A stretch of 64,000 bases of DNA from Octopus bimaculoides (Eukaryota): positions 81,298,132 to 81,362,131 of the forward strand of contig NC_068983.1 of the NCBI RefSeq assembly GCF_001194135.2, in the 5' to 3' direction. A program made the translations under genes and the position numbers. The notes under the pieces were generated by a model, which saw only the letters and a program-made list of their open reading frames with translations, made no database searches and was not told the DNA's origin. Positions 40,009-54,213 of the stretch are shown one piece after another (position 1 is the first letter of the stretch; each line of letters opens with the position of its first letter).

Positions 40009-40539
40009 TTTATTTCACACTTGGTAAAACAGCAGACAATAGAAAAAAAAAAAAGGACAAAGTGCTAGCTCTCATCACTCACATTCGGAATTAAAATCAC
40101 AACCAAGGTCAAACCTGCCTTCTGGGTCAATAAAATGTTAAGTATGGGAGTCAGTTTTATCAACTGTTCCTTCCCTTAAAATGTGTGGCCGTGTGCTCAT
40201 GTTGGAAACTACCATTATTATAATTACAAATAATTGTGATGATGTATCAGTGAAATCAAGCTCTTTGAAAACACTTATGTTACACTCCTGGCATTAATAT
40301 CTAATTATTCTCTCTGTCTTTCATTTAACTGTAGTTAGGTATCATATGGAATAAACAACTTTATTTTAATATATTGCAAGGAAGAGATGTCAAACAGGCT
40401 AAACTGACCAAAATATTATAGCATTATAAGAAATAAAATAAAATAAAAAGTAACATTCTTTATATATGGAAGCCAGTATGCTGCAGGATAAGCAAATAAA
40501 TTTTCTTGAGTATGCCTGTATGTATATATATATATATAT

Positions 40540-40974
40540 NNNNNNNNNNNNNNNNNNNNNNNNNNNNNNNNNNNNNNNNNNNNNNNNNNNNNNNNNNNNN
40601 NNNNNNNNNNNNNNNNNNNNNNNNNNNNNNNNNNNNNNNNNNNNNNNNNNNNNNNNNNNNNNNNNNNNNNNNNNNNNNNNNNNNNNNNNNNNNNNNNNNN
40701 NNNNNNNNNNNNNNNNNNNNNNNNNNNNNNNNNNNNNNNNNNNNNNNNNNNNNNNNNNNNNNNNNNNNNNNNNNNNNNNNNNNNNNNNNNNNNNNNNNNN
40801 NNNNNNNNNNNNNNNNNNNNNNNNNNNNNNNNNNNNNNNNNNNNNNNNNNNNNNNNNNNNNNNNNNNNNNNNNNNNNNNNNNNNNNNNNNNNNNNNNNNN
40901 NNNNNNNNNNNNNNNNNNNNNNNNNNNNNNNNNNNNNNNNNNNNNNNNNNNNNNNNNNNNNNNNNNNNNNNNNN
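40540..40974. other. Assembly gap (435 N)
   Basis: Directly visible. Confidence 1.
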
Positions 40975-41415
40975 ATGCGTTTGCTTACACATGTGTGCAC
41001 ATATATACATACAAACACAAGGGAACGAAAGTTTATAATGAAATAAAAAGAAGGCAAAGAAGAAAGGGAAAAAGACAATAAGGAGAAAAGAAGTGGAGAC
41101 AATTACAAGCTCACACAAGAAATCACACCCACTGACATTATTAAATACACAGGAGGTCTTAGGTTTTGATAGAGATGGAGGGGTGCAGCTAGACAGGGAT
41201 GAGGAGACCTACCTCCCCTCCATGCTCAGTTTGGCATGAAAGATAGGAATTATTCACCCACCTCAAGGAATAAGCTTGCAGGAGGCGGTATATGTTAAAT
41301 AAGAACAAGAGGAGGAACTTAAGTTCCTTTTATAGAGTGAAACCTTTACTTATGCATGAATAGAAACTTTATCCCTGAGGTTAACTCATCTCTGCTAGTG
41401 TGTGTGTGCATGCTC

Positions 41416-41463
<48 letters not shown>

Positions 41464-41490
41464 NNNNNNNNNNTGTGTGTGTGTGTGTGT

Positions 41491-41527
<37 letters not shown>

Positions 41528-43212
41528 AGTGTGTGTGTGTGTAATGCAGAGCCTCAATACAATGCACAATGGTGGACCCTATTATTGTTAGACCACTGGT
41601 TTCTGCATAAATGTTTAGCAAGCTGTTATATTAGGCATTGAAAAGTCTTAGGAAAATTGTCAAAAATAAAGTAAAGAAATGTTGTTGTTAAAGAATATTA
41701 GTCAATGTTTTGTATTTAGACCATGTTGTTCTTGGTGTTCTAATATTTTTTACTCTAATTATTTGCAGAGCTTAATTATAAAGAAAGAAGTTAAAAGAAC
41801 TACACCACTAAGAAAATGAATTATGATATGTAACTGTAATGTAATTAAGAAAACAAGTTGATATAACCTCAATATTTCTAAGAAAACAAATTATGAAATA
41901 AACTTAATATTGCATGAATGATGACAACGACTATGATGATGACAACGACTATGACAATGACAACAACAACAACAATAATAATAGATAGAAAGTAAGAAAT
42001 TAAAATTGATGATGATTCCCACCAACAGAATGACAATATTTCATGAAACTTATGTCTCCACAATGATAAAATATAAATCTGTTACAATATCCATTTTGAT
42101 TTAGAAATAGATGGTGATTAATCTTGTGCTTGTAGCTCACTTTACGAAACATAGAAAAGAGGGGAAAAAAAAAAGAAAAATATGATTATATTAGTCTCAT
42201 CTGATTTCTCATTCCACCAAGTTCAGAAAATTTTTTTTGTTTATTTTTTTTTTTTACATGTTATCAGGTCTAGAAATATCCTCTTGGAACAACTTCAAAC
42301 AAAAAACCATAACAAGAGACTATTGATGGGTAGCCCCCATATCTTTATAAACTTAAACTTCACTGTCACTCTCAAGTGAGTATCACCTAGTAGCTTTACC
42401 ACACTTTCACTAATTGCATTCAGTGCTTATGTAGTCACAAATGGACACAGACTCCCACCTGGTATTCCCAACTGTGATGAAGTAGAACATCAAAGATGTG
42501 ACAGCTAAAAGGAAAGAGGACTGCATCAGCACTAGGTTAGTACTCATTTACAACTGAGTAAACTGGAATAGCATGAAGTGATGTGCCTCATTCAAGGACA
42601 CAATGTGCTATCCAGTCCAGAGGCTGAACCCACAACCTTATGATTGTGAGTCCAACAGTCAGTTGGCCACATGCCTTCACAGGCCAAATAGCCACAAACG
42701 AGGCCCCTTCAGCAAAGACATTCCAGTTATAACTAACCCATATTTTTTGTATGATTATGGGTTTCTAAAACTGCATCATCTTAATAAACCACTTAAACTA
42801 ACAAGGTCAATCAGCAGACGTTTAGTTTGCTAAACGAGATCAATTAGCAGATTGTTTGGTTTTTAACAATACCTTTTGCTTAGGATTGTTTTTGTTTCCC
42901 CCTACATAAGCCAAGGACAAGAAGATCTATCTTCAAAGGACTACATGAGACTATTTAGTATTCACAGACCATGTTAGACAACAGATTTCTACCTTTTTGA
43001 AGATAGGTGAGTGATATTTGACAGAGATTTTGCAGCTCTATCTATAAGCAACCACATAAAGATTCTACGTGAAGCAACTAAATAGGGGACCCTTTGTTGG
43101 TTCATCTCCTCAGGGTTAATGTTGTTGCACAGTTTCAAGTTAGCCCTGACTGAGGAGGCATATGATCAAAAGCTTGACCATCCCAAATTTTTGTTTGATT
43201 TTTGTGGTATCT

Positions 43213-43597
43213 CATCGTTGGCACTCCATCGCTTATAACGTCGAGGGTTCCAGTTGATCCAATCAACGGAACAGCCTGCTCGTGAAATTAACGTGCAAGT
43301 GGCTGAGCATTCCACAGACACGTGTACCCTTAACATAGTTCTCGGGGATATTCAGCGTGACACAGTGTGACAAGGCTGACCCTTTGAATTACAGGCACAA
43401 CAGAAACAGGAAGTAAGAGTGAGAGAAAGTTGTGGTGAAAGAGTACAGCAGGGTTCACCACCATCCTCTGCTGGAGTCTCATGGAGCTTTAGGTGTTTTT
43501 GCTCAATAAACACTCACAGCACCCGGTCTAGGAATCGAAACCGTGATCCTATGACCGCGAGTTCGCTGCCCTTACCACTGGGCCATTGCGCCTCCAC
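43213..43597 (-). mobile_element. SINE F3a, full length, 12-bp TSD
   Basis: About 90% identical to the reverse complement of 24277-24664; TSD TTTGTGGTATCT at 43201-43212 and 43598-43609. Confidence 0.95.
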
Positions 43598-44143
43598 TTT
43601 GTGGTATCTATAAATGCATTATCTAACATAACATTCTCTTCTCTTAAGACACTAAGTGATGTACAAGAACGGTTTGACTGTTATTTCTAGCTGGTTTAGT
43701 GACTATGCAGAGGTTTCCTTGTTTGCTAACTCAGTAGCAAGGTTCTCTCTTTTGGTGGCTGAATGTTTCGATGTAAGATGCACATTGCATGTTGTAGTCA
43801 ACACAGCACATGAGAAGATTGTTTTGTGGTAGACTCACATACTCCCTAAATGTGTGTGTGTGCGTGTTCATGCATATGTGTATAAGCAAGCACTAACAGA
43901 ATGATACACATGTTCATAAGTGGGATTAATAGGTCTATGATAGTTATTCAGGCTGAGTAAACTAAGTGAGACCGAGATTAAGGTAGATGCTCACCAACAA
44001 ACCAAAGCAAAGCATCAAACCTTACATTGTAATATGCAGCTTCCTGTTTTCAGTGCGTCTACATCATATTTTAACATGTTCATTGATAGTTATATATCTT
44101 CATATCTTGAAATTTTTTATTTTCTAACTATTTTTGTCATTAA

Positions 44144-44364
44144 CCCTTTAGTATTCAGATTATTTTGTCAAGTGTAATGCTTATTTATTTATGTTGATTT
44201 AAATAACTCATGCATTATCTTGTAGCTTTGAGATTTTGATGATGTTATTGTTTATTTTTAGCATGGTGTTGTAAGATTAATGTAAGAGGCTGGATCCAGT
44301 CAGTTTGAATGTAAAACAGGTAGAATATTTTGGGCCGGATATGGCCGGTTTAAATGCCAAAGGG
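44144..44364 (+). mobile_element. TTAA-flanked MITE family A (piggyBac-type CCC...GGG ends), 221 bp
   Basis: TTAA at 44140-44143 and 44365-44368; ends CCCTTTAGTATT / AATGCCAAAGGG; body matches 61321-61757. Confidence 0.8.
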
Positions 44365-45164
44365 TTAATCTCACTCCTCAAAATCCTTTTTCTCTTGCTC
44401 TCAGCATTTTCTATTCTTGTATTTGATTATCATTTTCCTTTCTCAATTACATTCTCACCTCAGCATAAAAAAAAAAGCTATTAGCTTAGATTTGTTATTA
44501 GAACTTCCTAACTCTAGATCTGTGCTTCTCAACATTTTTTTAAGTACTGCTCATTTTAACTAACACTTTTTCAGCATCCACTTGTTATAATTCAACAAAA
44601 TTAAACATACCACAAAAATACAGCTGTCAACAGGTTGATCATTAAAAATAATTTGCATACAAGACAGTTCATCATTATGAAATGTTCAAACAATATTTTG
44701 ACCAATAATATTACTGGATTTTTGAAAGTTAGTGTAACTGAAAGATGCATTTATCACTCCCAATCACCCATCTACAGCATCCTTTGTCTCAGAATTCATA
44801 AAAAAAGTTCCAAGGGGCGGTACTACCAATTTTTAGAAGTACTGCTTTAGATACTCCTAGCATGCATTCCACCATCACACCAACTTCCAATGATATTGAA
44901 TTTGATAAACTGCATATAATTTAGTCGTAAGCAGAAACTGAATGAGAAAAATTGAATCCTCTGTGTACTCTAAATATTTACAGAGTTTCAAAAGTCTAAA
45001 AGTTTAGGTTACAGAAACATAAATATAAAACACAAAAGTTAAGCTTGCAAATTGATTATTTTGTTCGATAAATGTTGGTTTCTTGGAAAATATAAAAAAG
45101 TAAAACTCAAAAATAATTTTTTTTAAACAGCCACCTTCTTCAATACTGCTTCCCCCACCTCAGT

Positions 45165-45400
45165 TGCGGGGTCTTGTCTTGTAAGTTATTTATTTAGTGA
45201 CTACATCGTTGCTGGTGCCTCATAAAAAATACCTAGTACACTTTATAAAGTGGTTGGCATTAGGAAGGGGATCCAACTGTAAAAACCATGCCAAAGCAGA
45301 CAGAGAGTTTAGTACAGTATTCTGAGTTGCCAGTTCCTATCAGACCATCCAACCCATGCCAGCATGGGAAACAGATGTTAACTGATAATGATGATAATGA
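45165..45400 (+). mobile_element. SINE-like F4
   Basis: GTGGTTGGCATTAGGAAGGGGATCC...AACCCATGCCAGCATGG, GAT-rich tail. Confidence 0.75.
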
Positions 45401-46079
45401 TGAGATATTGTTATAATGTTTATTATATTTAAAAAAAACTCAAACATGTACAGACTAATAATTTTCTCTTTCTCCCTCCTCACCCCTGCTTCTCTCTCGG
45501 TGTATCTGTGTGTGTGAATCTGTGAAGGTGCATGGTGCCAAGTGCTAGGGTGTTCAGCTCATGATCAAAAGGCCATTGGTCTAATTCCTGCACTTGGTGG
45601 CACACAGGTACATTTTCCCACGTTACTCAAGTCTACTCAGCTGTAACAAACACAAGCCCAGAGTTGGTTCAGCAGTCTCTTCCTCCAGCTTTCACATCCT
45701 CAATGTTCAGCTGGATGAAGTATAAGACGGCCAAGAGACTGTACATGCTCATGACTACACAGGCACCTACAACATTCAGCAAAGGCATAGTGCATGTGTG
45801 TTACTAAGTGATTCTCACTTGTTAGTGATAGATGGTTGTGCTGTACTTCACACACACACACACACACACACACACATCTGAAGCACCTCTTGGTATTTAA
45901 GCTAGAACATGAAATTTTAGAAAATCAAAACCCTATAACTCCATAAGGGTACATATAACACACATGTACCTTCTTTCAAGCAGTTGCTCAAATGAACGAA
46001 ATATTTGTATTAAAATCAGATCATTTTCATTTACTTTAGTATGTTAAGAATACATTGCATGACTTGCATTCATGGATGC

Positions 46080-46152
46080 ATACATACATGCATACATACA
46101 TACATGCATACATACATACATACATACATACACACATACTTACATACATACA
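46080..46152. repeat. (CATA)n microsatellite
   Basis: Directly visible. Confidence 0.9.
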
Positions 46153-47387
46153 TTAAAGAGAAAGAAGAGAAGGATGGAAGAAATTAAAGAGGAAGAAATT
46201 AAAGATGAAGCTCTCCCTTGTCTCCAAAAATACTATTTGAGCAAATTATAAAAAAAACAAAGCACAATGAAAAATAAAACCAATGCAAAATAATATATCC
46301 ATTAAAACTAAATATAGATCTTCCTCACTCTAAACCTTAGAGTTTTGATGAAGCCTTTTGAATATTTTTGATGATAAGGTTGTTATAATTGCCCTTTGGG
46401 CAGGTGATAAGCAAATCTTGAAGTTTGGCCCAGAGCAGAAAATATATGATAATTTATGTATAATTAATAGGGCTGCTGCATGATCAAAAGATTTGAGAAA
46501 ATAGTTGTAGCAGCCAGGGGTACTTAACCACAACCAAAATACTTCAATAGTGAGACTGATAGAATAATTCTCAAAAAGCAATAAAAAGGTCATTGATTAA
46601 ACTTTTCTGTTCTTGGCAGAATGTGACAAAGGATTTTATATAAAATCTGCTTGGTTCTCCACTCTTTCAACTTCCAGTAATAAAACAGCATGGAATAACC
46701 TTACAATCTTATGCTTTGCAGAGACCATTTCATTTCATGTTTAAAAATTGTGTTTCTTTTGACTTCAATTAGGTAAGACTAGGTCAAGTAAGTACATCTG
46801 AGGAATGGTTTGGAAAATTCAAAAATATATTTTTTTATTGCAAAGAGAAAAGGTCAATATCCATTAGGATCCTTCTGAACTAGAGAAATGAGATAGTTAG
46901 ATAAATGTTTGCTTTTGTGTATTGTCGAGTAATATTAGATAGCAAAATATAAATTAAATGAATGTTAGATAGCTAATGTAAAATAGCAGTGGAAATCCAA
47001 AGGGATTTTGTTTACAGAAATATTTTATTGGAATTAGTCAAAGAAAGGAATTTTAATAAAACAAGCTTTCAATGCCTTGTATTTCATTATGACCATTTTA
47101 TTTTAAGCAGATTTGTTAACATATGAAATCAGACTACATGAAATTGTGTAAAATATGTGACTTTGTATTGCAGTGAAGCATTTTCACTGAAAGCTAAGCG
47201 GGTGTGCAATAGAAAGAGAAAGAGTTCAAATTTAAGTACTTGAGAAAAAAAAAAAATTACTAGGACTCAAAAATTACAGTTTACACTAGACAGATGACAA
47301 TGTCAGTATGGCAGAAAATTGCAAGAGCAATATACTGTGGTCTACCATTAACTAATAAATAATACCTGTTTATATATATATATATAT

Positions 47388-47994
47388 NNNNNNNNNNNNN
47401 NNNNNNNNNNNNNNNNNNNNNNNNNNNNNNNNNNNNNNNNNNNNNNNNNNNNNNNNNNNNNNNNNNNNNNNNNNNNNNNNNNNNNNNNNNNNNNNNNNNN
47501 NNNNNNNNNNNNNNNNNNNNNNNNNNNNNNNNNNNNNNNNNNNNNNNNNNNNNNNNNNNNNNNNNNNNNNNNNNNNNNNNNNNNNNNNNNNNNNNNNNNN
47601 NNNNNNNNNNNNNNNNNNNNNNNNNNNNNNNNNNNNNNNNNNNNNNNNNNNNNNNNNNNNNNNNNNNNNNNNNNNNNNNNNNNNNNNNNNNNNNNNNNNN
47701 NNNNNNNNNNNNNNNNNNNNNNNNNNNNNNNNNNNNNNNNNNNNNNNNNNNNNNNNNNNNNNNNNNNNNNNNNNNNNNNNNNNNNNNNNNNNNNNNNNNN
47801 NNNNNNNNNNNNNNNNNNNNNNNNNNNNNNNNNNNNNNNNNNNNNNNNNNNNNNNNNNNNNNNNNNNNNNNNNNNNNNNNNNNNNNNNNNNNNNNNNNNN
47901 NNNNNNNNNNNNNNNNNNNNNNNNNNNNNNNNNNNNNNNNNNNNNNNNNNNNNNNNNNNNNNNNNNNNNNNNNNNNNNNNNNNNNNNNNNNNNN
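47388..47994. other. Assembly gap (607 N) between (TA)n and (TG)n
   Basis: Directly visible. Confidence 1.
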
Positions 47995-48018
47995 TGTGTG
48001 TGTGTGTGTGAGTGTGAA

Positions 48019-48049
<31 letters not shown>

Positions 48050-50771
48050 ATATCTTTATTAATTTAATAACTTATATGAAATGACAAGAACATTTCAGCA
48101 TTCCATTTTAATTTTTCTTTCTTAGTTTTGACTTAGTTGAAAACTTTGCAGAACTGACATATTTAAGAAATCAAAAAGAGTTTAAACTATTTGTAAAATT
48201 AATTCAATATGTTTCTCTAAGTTTATTGGGTTTATTGTTCATCTTCAGAATATTTGCAAAAGCAACCAGTGAAATTCACGCTTCAAAGAAGACGTTTCTG
48301 AAAACCTTTTAAGTTATGTGACGATTGTTCCAAATAGCCTTTTAGAAGAGATATGTAACTAGTCTACTGTAAAAACTCAGCGTGCTATTTTTAATCATTT
48401 GAAATAATAACAAGAACAACAATGATAATGATGAAAATAACAATGATAATAATTTTGTTACTGTAACACCCACTCCACATATGACAGTTTATTTTTGCCA
48501 GGTCTTTTGTTTTACTTTAGCAAAATATTTCTTCTTTCATCAGTCTGATTTAATGCACAAAATGCTTTTAGAATTAAAAAGTAAACAAATGAAAAGAAAT
48601 TAAAAAAAAAAAAGAAACATTAACTCTGTGGTAGAATATGCAATGAATGATAAAAATCATTTATGCTTAGGTCATGCTGAAAGTCTGGTGCAAATTGTTA
48701 ACTCCCAAGTTCCAATGGAAACAATGTACCAAGTTGTTATAACTGGCAGACAATTACAGGAGCAATGTGCAATGTTCTACCAACAACTACTAATTTCTTT
48801 CTTTTTGTGTATTTTTTCTTTCCTTTTATAAACATTTTCTTTTATGCAGATCAAAGAAAATCAGTCTATAATTTTAAAGGGTTATCTTTCTTAGAAGTCA
48901 GGGGATATTGGTGAAATATTTTCATAATATTTTCTGTATTTTTTTTTAATATAAAATACTAAGATTCCAGTACATGGAATATATATAATTATATAGTTAC
49001 GGAACAAAGTGATTTTGTAAAAGAACAACAACTACAAAAGCACCTGTAGCAATATTCAGAGGTTGTGTAATTGTTGTAGATGTATTATAATTATGTCAAA
49101 TGCAGACATTAACATATCATTATATAATTTAAAAATACTAAAGGTATCACTTTAGTCTGACCAGAATTGAAGAAGTAGTAAGAAAATCTACTTTAGTGTA
49201 ATTCTTGCCTACCTCTTCAGAGTGAAGAGAGGTGGAGAAACCGGAGAGCTATTAGTATAATATATCAGTGTAAGAATAGAATTTGTTACAAGCTGAAGCC
49301 TGTAGTTCATACACCAACATAGAAATTAACCTCTTTAATTTTGTTAATTAACCAAAGGAATAGCGGGAGTAGTAAACTAATGGCCTTTTTTTTGTGCCTT
49401 CTCAGAATAGTGAAATTGTTACAATTGTATTTCAGTTTGAAGTTCTGTTGGCTGAAGTTTATATGAAAACTATAATCAAAAACGGATTCCTGAAGTAGGT
49501 AGTTTTGAGGAGAAATGACTGAGAAAAATGTTTAGAGTATGATGTACGAAGTGGATTATGACACAATAAGGTTGATGAAAGGATGTGCTTGGGTGGAGAT
49601 GATATGCAGTTTGCTAGTTCAGATGAACAAAGGTTGCTGCAGTTTGTGGTCAGTGGTTATAGTGTGTGGTGAGTGAGTCTTTGCCATCAGTGGAATGGAT
49701 TTCTTTTGCCTGTGATATATAATGTTGATATGTGCAGCAGAGGAATTGTCCCTGACATGAGTTGCTCTTGTCTTTTATAGAGAATCATTCATGAGAGATC
49801 ATTATTGATCTCTTGTAAATAAAAAGTTATCAAAAATTATTCTTAATGGCTTTGTTCATTAGTAGGAAATTGTTTGTGCTTTTGTATGTTAAAATTGTGT
49901 TTTTGTGTTGTGTGATGAGGCTAGATTCTGCTCTCCTCATTGAGAATGGTTTTAAGTTTTCTGTCCATGAAAGTAGAGCTTATCTTGTAAAAGATGTCTT
50001 AGTTGTTTGTGGACGAAGAGTAGTATAATCTATATACATAGCATGTAGTAATAGAATACCAATGTCTTCACTAAGAAACAAAATATTTACTGCAATTTAT
50101 TTCATTTATCTATGATAAGCAACCAAATTACTGAGATTAGTTTTCTAAAATATAAACAGTAGTGAATTGAGGACAATTACAGTTGTTAACATTTAGAAAA
50201 AAAAAAACAACAACTTTGGTTTCAGTTTCTCCAAGTGTATCAAACCCACAAAATGATGTTATATTTTTGAATGTTGATTTTTATATAACTGATGTGAACA
50301 GGTTAAATTTCAAACAAAGTCTTAAAAATTAATGATGAAAGCTTTTCTATTGCTAGTTTTAGTAATGTTTCAACCTAAATGATTTATGCTGAAATACACA
50401 TTTCTTTGTTTCTGAAATGGGTGGGTCAGTTCAATTAGTATTTAACATTTAAAACTATCAACACCACTTTTCTATAGTAGATCGCTAAAGGAGAAACAAA
50501 GCTGGAATCACTGATAAAATATCTAGAAATAACTTGAAATTTAAGATGAAATTTTTATGCTCTATTTTATCTTTGTATTTCATTTTCTTTCTTCTTAGGC
50601 TATAAAAATTTTATAAGATCTGAGTATCAATTTGACAATGTTAAGGTCAAATCAACAAACATTTGGAGTTCTATTGATTAACAGAAGAAACTGGAAGGAA
50701 TGACAAATGAGCAGTACAATAAAAATCTTTTTAAAAGAATAACCTAAAAAAGAACAATAGTGTATGTGCAT

Positions 50772-50775
<4 letters not shown>

Positions 50776-50821
<46 letters not shown>
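50776..50821. repeat. (GA)n microsatellite
   Basis: Directly visible. Confidence 0.95.
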
Positions 50822-50824
<3 letters not shown>

Positions 50825-52789
50825 AAATATCACAGAATAATTTTTCTTTTAAATTGAATCATTATTATTTTCCTTGTTAAAAAAAAATCTCCTCAATCAA
50901 TTTTCTACTCAAAAATTTGACCATTTCTCAATAAAATATACATTGCTATAGTCACATGACAAATTCATGAAACTAAGTTTCGTTCCTAATTTTTGTAACA
51001 AGCTGAAGGTTTAAAACCTTACAAGATCTCTAGCTATTTACTGCTATAAATATTGTATCTAACCCAAATAACTATATAAAGAATCTTATTCTTTAAATCT
51101 GTTGAGATTTGTTTCTATTTTAAAACTTGTACACAAATGGCAATCTACTAAAAGTGTATACAATTATCAAGAAATATATTCCAGCTCTACCTTACAAACA
51201 CATACACACTCAAACACATGTTTATGTTCATATATATTCATACATATATTCAATTCTCACCATCTTATACATACTCATTTGTGTATGTATCGATACATAC
51301 ACATACACACAAAAGCATATGTGCATGTGCATATTTACACACACATCTTTCATATACAGATATTGTGGATATGAAACATTTGAATTGTTAGATTTTCTGA
51401 CATTTTCATTTGAAGTAAAGTATTTTAAACAATAGTATCTTCAATGTGAAATTGGAAATTCTTTCTAAACAATCTCCCTCTGGTGTCTCATTTAAGAATT
51501 AATTCAAGATGAGATAATTAGATTGTATATTTTACTTATTAATGCTGAGATTTTTAGAGAAACCAAACATGATGGCAATGAATTCTTTAATAAACATTAC
51601 AGAAAGACAAACATGTAAATCAATTGAGGAAAGGTGAAAAAAAAAAAAGGAAAGAAAAATAAGCATACCAGAGTTACTGAATTCTAAAAGATGGAAATAA
51701 TAATTAAAACAAAACCATGATGAAGAAAATATTTATGATTATAATACATATTAAAGAATTAATTCTCTTGGGTTATTCATTTGTCAACTGAAATCAATAA
51801 TCACTTTATTAATATATCCAGAGCAGCAAAGTTAACTTTAATTACCTTTAATTAACACAACAGGTCACTCATATAATCCACAAGAAATATTTCTTTATTG
51901 TCCTTAACTAATAAAACATATCAATCACTAATAGTTTGCAAAGTAAATGTCAAAACAGAAAACAAAAAACAACCAAATACATTAAGAATGATTGTTTATT
52001 CTTTTCCGTTTACATTTGTTATTTAAATGCAATAATTTAATAACGCATTTTAAGCCTTTTCTTTTTCTTTTTTCTTTTTGTATATAATTCCTTGCTACAA
52101 ATCCTCTTTCACTTGATTGCCCCATATTATTATTGTTATTACTGCTACCACTAATTCATTACAACTGTCACTACTGTTATTATTACTATTATTTCTACTT
52201 ACATTAATGCAGTTTTGAAGAGAAAAGGGTTTAGCCCTTGATTTGATTTCATTTCTTATTTGAAGACTATTTTTTGTTGATATTTCTTTGAGAAAGGAAT
52301 GAATGCTATACAATTTCAAAAAAAAAAAAAATGGTGGTGATAGAATAAATAGGAATATGCATAAAATTTGGTACTTTGTTTCAAATTTTTTTTTAATCAA
52401 CCTTAAGTATTTTCATTCTTCGAATTAAAGAGTAAAACCGAGGACCTGACAATGCTAACAGAGGGCAGAGACTCCTGGTACAGCAAAATACACCCCACTT
52501 TTCTTGACAAGAAGGAGGAGAAGAAAGAGAAAAAGAAGAGATATTATCAGAAGCTGAGGTGTATTTAGCTCATAATTTTAGTTCTCCTTCCAAAGTATAA
52601 AAGAGATGTTTTTAAAAAACCACTTTCAGCCTATATGAGAAATCAACTTATTAATTTTTAAATGATGTAACTGAAGATTACTAGTAAACTTTAGAGTAAT
52701 TGCTTGCAGATGAAATCTAAGCAAGTTAAGAAAGAACCAATTGGGATTTCTTCATGTACTACTTTATATTATTGTTTATATTTTTGTTT

Positions 52790-53135
52790 TTTTGCTGTGT
52801 GGTTAGAAGCTTGCTTCTCAATCACATGGTTCCGGGTTCAGTCCCACTGCATGGCATCTTGGGCAAATGTCTTCTATAGCCTTGGGCTATAGCCTTGTGA
52901 GTTAATTTGGTAGATGGAAACTGAAAAAATCCCATCATATATATATATATATATGCTTGCGTGTCTGTGTTTGTCCCCCCACCATCACTTGACAACTGAT
53001 GTTGGTGTGTTTACGTCCCTGTAACTTAGTGGTTTGGCAAAATAAACCGATAGAATAAGTACTAGGCTTACAAAGAATAAGTCCTGGGGTTGATTTGTTT
53101 GACTAAAAGTGGTGCTCCAGCATGGCTGCAGTTAA
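52790..53135 (+). mobile_element. SINE F1
   Basis: Head, (TA)n and tail modules. Confidence 0.85.
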
Positions 53136-53204
53136 ATGACTGCAGGTTCATAAGAATTAACAGAATTATAATGATAGAATCTTAGAATGGATAATCTGTT
53201 ATCT

Positions 53205-53397
53205 CTTACTTGTTTCAGTCATTAGACTGTGACCATGCTGAGGCAGTGACTTGTAGGGTTTTAGTTGAACAACTCAACTCCAGTACTTGTCTTTTTTAAA
53301 GGCTGGCACTTATTCTGCCAGTCTCTCTTTGCTGAACTGCTAAATTATGAAGACATAAACAAACCAACACCAATTGTGAAATAGTGGTGGGAGACAG
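53205..53397 (-). mobile_element. SINE F1 tail module only
   Basis: CTTACTTGTTTCAGTCATTAGACTGTGACCATGCTG..., reverse of the F1 tail. Confidence 0.75.
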
Positions 53398-53902
53398 GCC
53401 GGAGAGAAGTTTAATGAAACTTTAAATTATCATAGGCCAGAACCGGATCATATGCTCTCAATAACCTGTGGCATAAATGAAAGTAATCTGTACAATATAC
53501 TTATACGTGCATAATAAATGGTAATTACAATTTCATTAAAAAGCCCGAAATGTTGAAGGTTAATGTGAGGTAGGAACTATGATGTTGGGTATAAAAATAA
53601 AAGGTTGCATCATGTTCAGTGACCTATTAACCTAATTAATTCTTCTAATTATAATTAAATTTTTAACTTGTGTATTTTCCAAATTCTTATTGAATTACTA
53701 AGTTTGAGGAGAGAGGCAGGAGAAGGAACAGTGTCCACCATCTTCAAAGGTCAGAAAGTAAGATCAATGCAGTTAATATGAAGGTGTGATTGATGCAATC
53801 GATTGTCTTCCAGAGCAATATTTCCATACACTTCTTGGCTAGACTTCAACTTACAATGTCTTATTTCTATCTCCTGGATTATTGGCTTCTATCTTCTCTA
53901 CA

Positions 53903-54213
53903 GTGGAAACATTTGGCCTAGTGGTTAGACCAGTGGACTTATGGTCAAGGGATTGTGGGTTTGAATCTCAGACTAGGTGATGTGTGTGTTTATGAGCAAA
54001 GCACCTAAGCTCCATGTGGCTCCAGCAGAAGGGAATGGCAAATTTCTGCTGACCCTTTCGCCACGACTTTCTCCCACTCTTTCCTCCTGCATCTAGCAGC
54101 TCACCTGTGACGGACAGGCGTCCCGTCTAGGTGGGGAACCTATATACCAATGAAACCGGGAAACTGGCCCTTACGAGCCAGGCATGGCCCAAGAAGGAAC
54201 AAACAACAACAAC
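53903..54213 (+). mobile_element. SINE F3b: F3-type tRNA head with a different 3' module, (AAC)n tail, 12-bp TSD
   Basis: TSD ATCTTCTCTACA at 53891-53902 and 54214-54225; first 190 bp or so align to F3a. Confidence 0.9.

Noticed and set aside
41313-41328. Perfect 16-bp palindrome AGGAACTTAAGTTCCT
   Set aside because: A few such palindromes are expected by chance in 64 kb of AT-rich DNA
43611-43624. 14-nt match to the recalled 5' part of miR-277 (TAAATGCATTATCT)
   Set aside because: The 3' part diverges and no precursor hairpin is present; the upstream flank is a SINE end
49480-50030. Possible decayed Penelope or Gypsy coding remnant on the minus strand (ITTDHKL)
   Set aside because: Only isolated short motif resemblances; needs an HMM search
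52411-52567. Short plus-strand open frame ending KKEEKKEKKKRYYQKL
   Set aside because: No acceptor, ends in a stop, and is driven by a GA-rich tract
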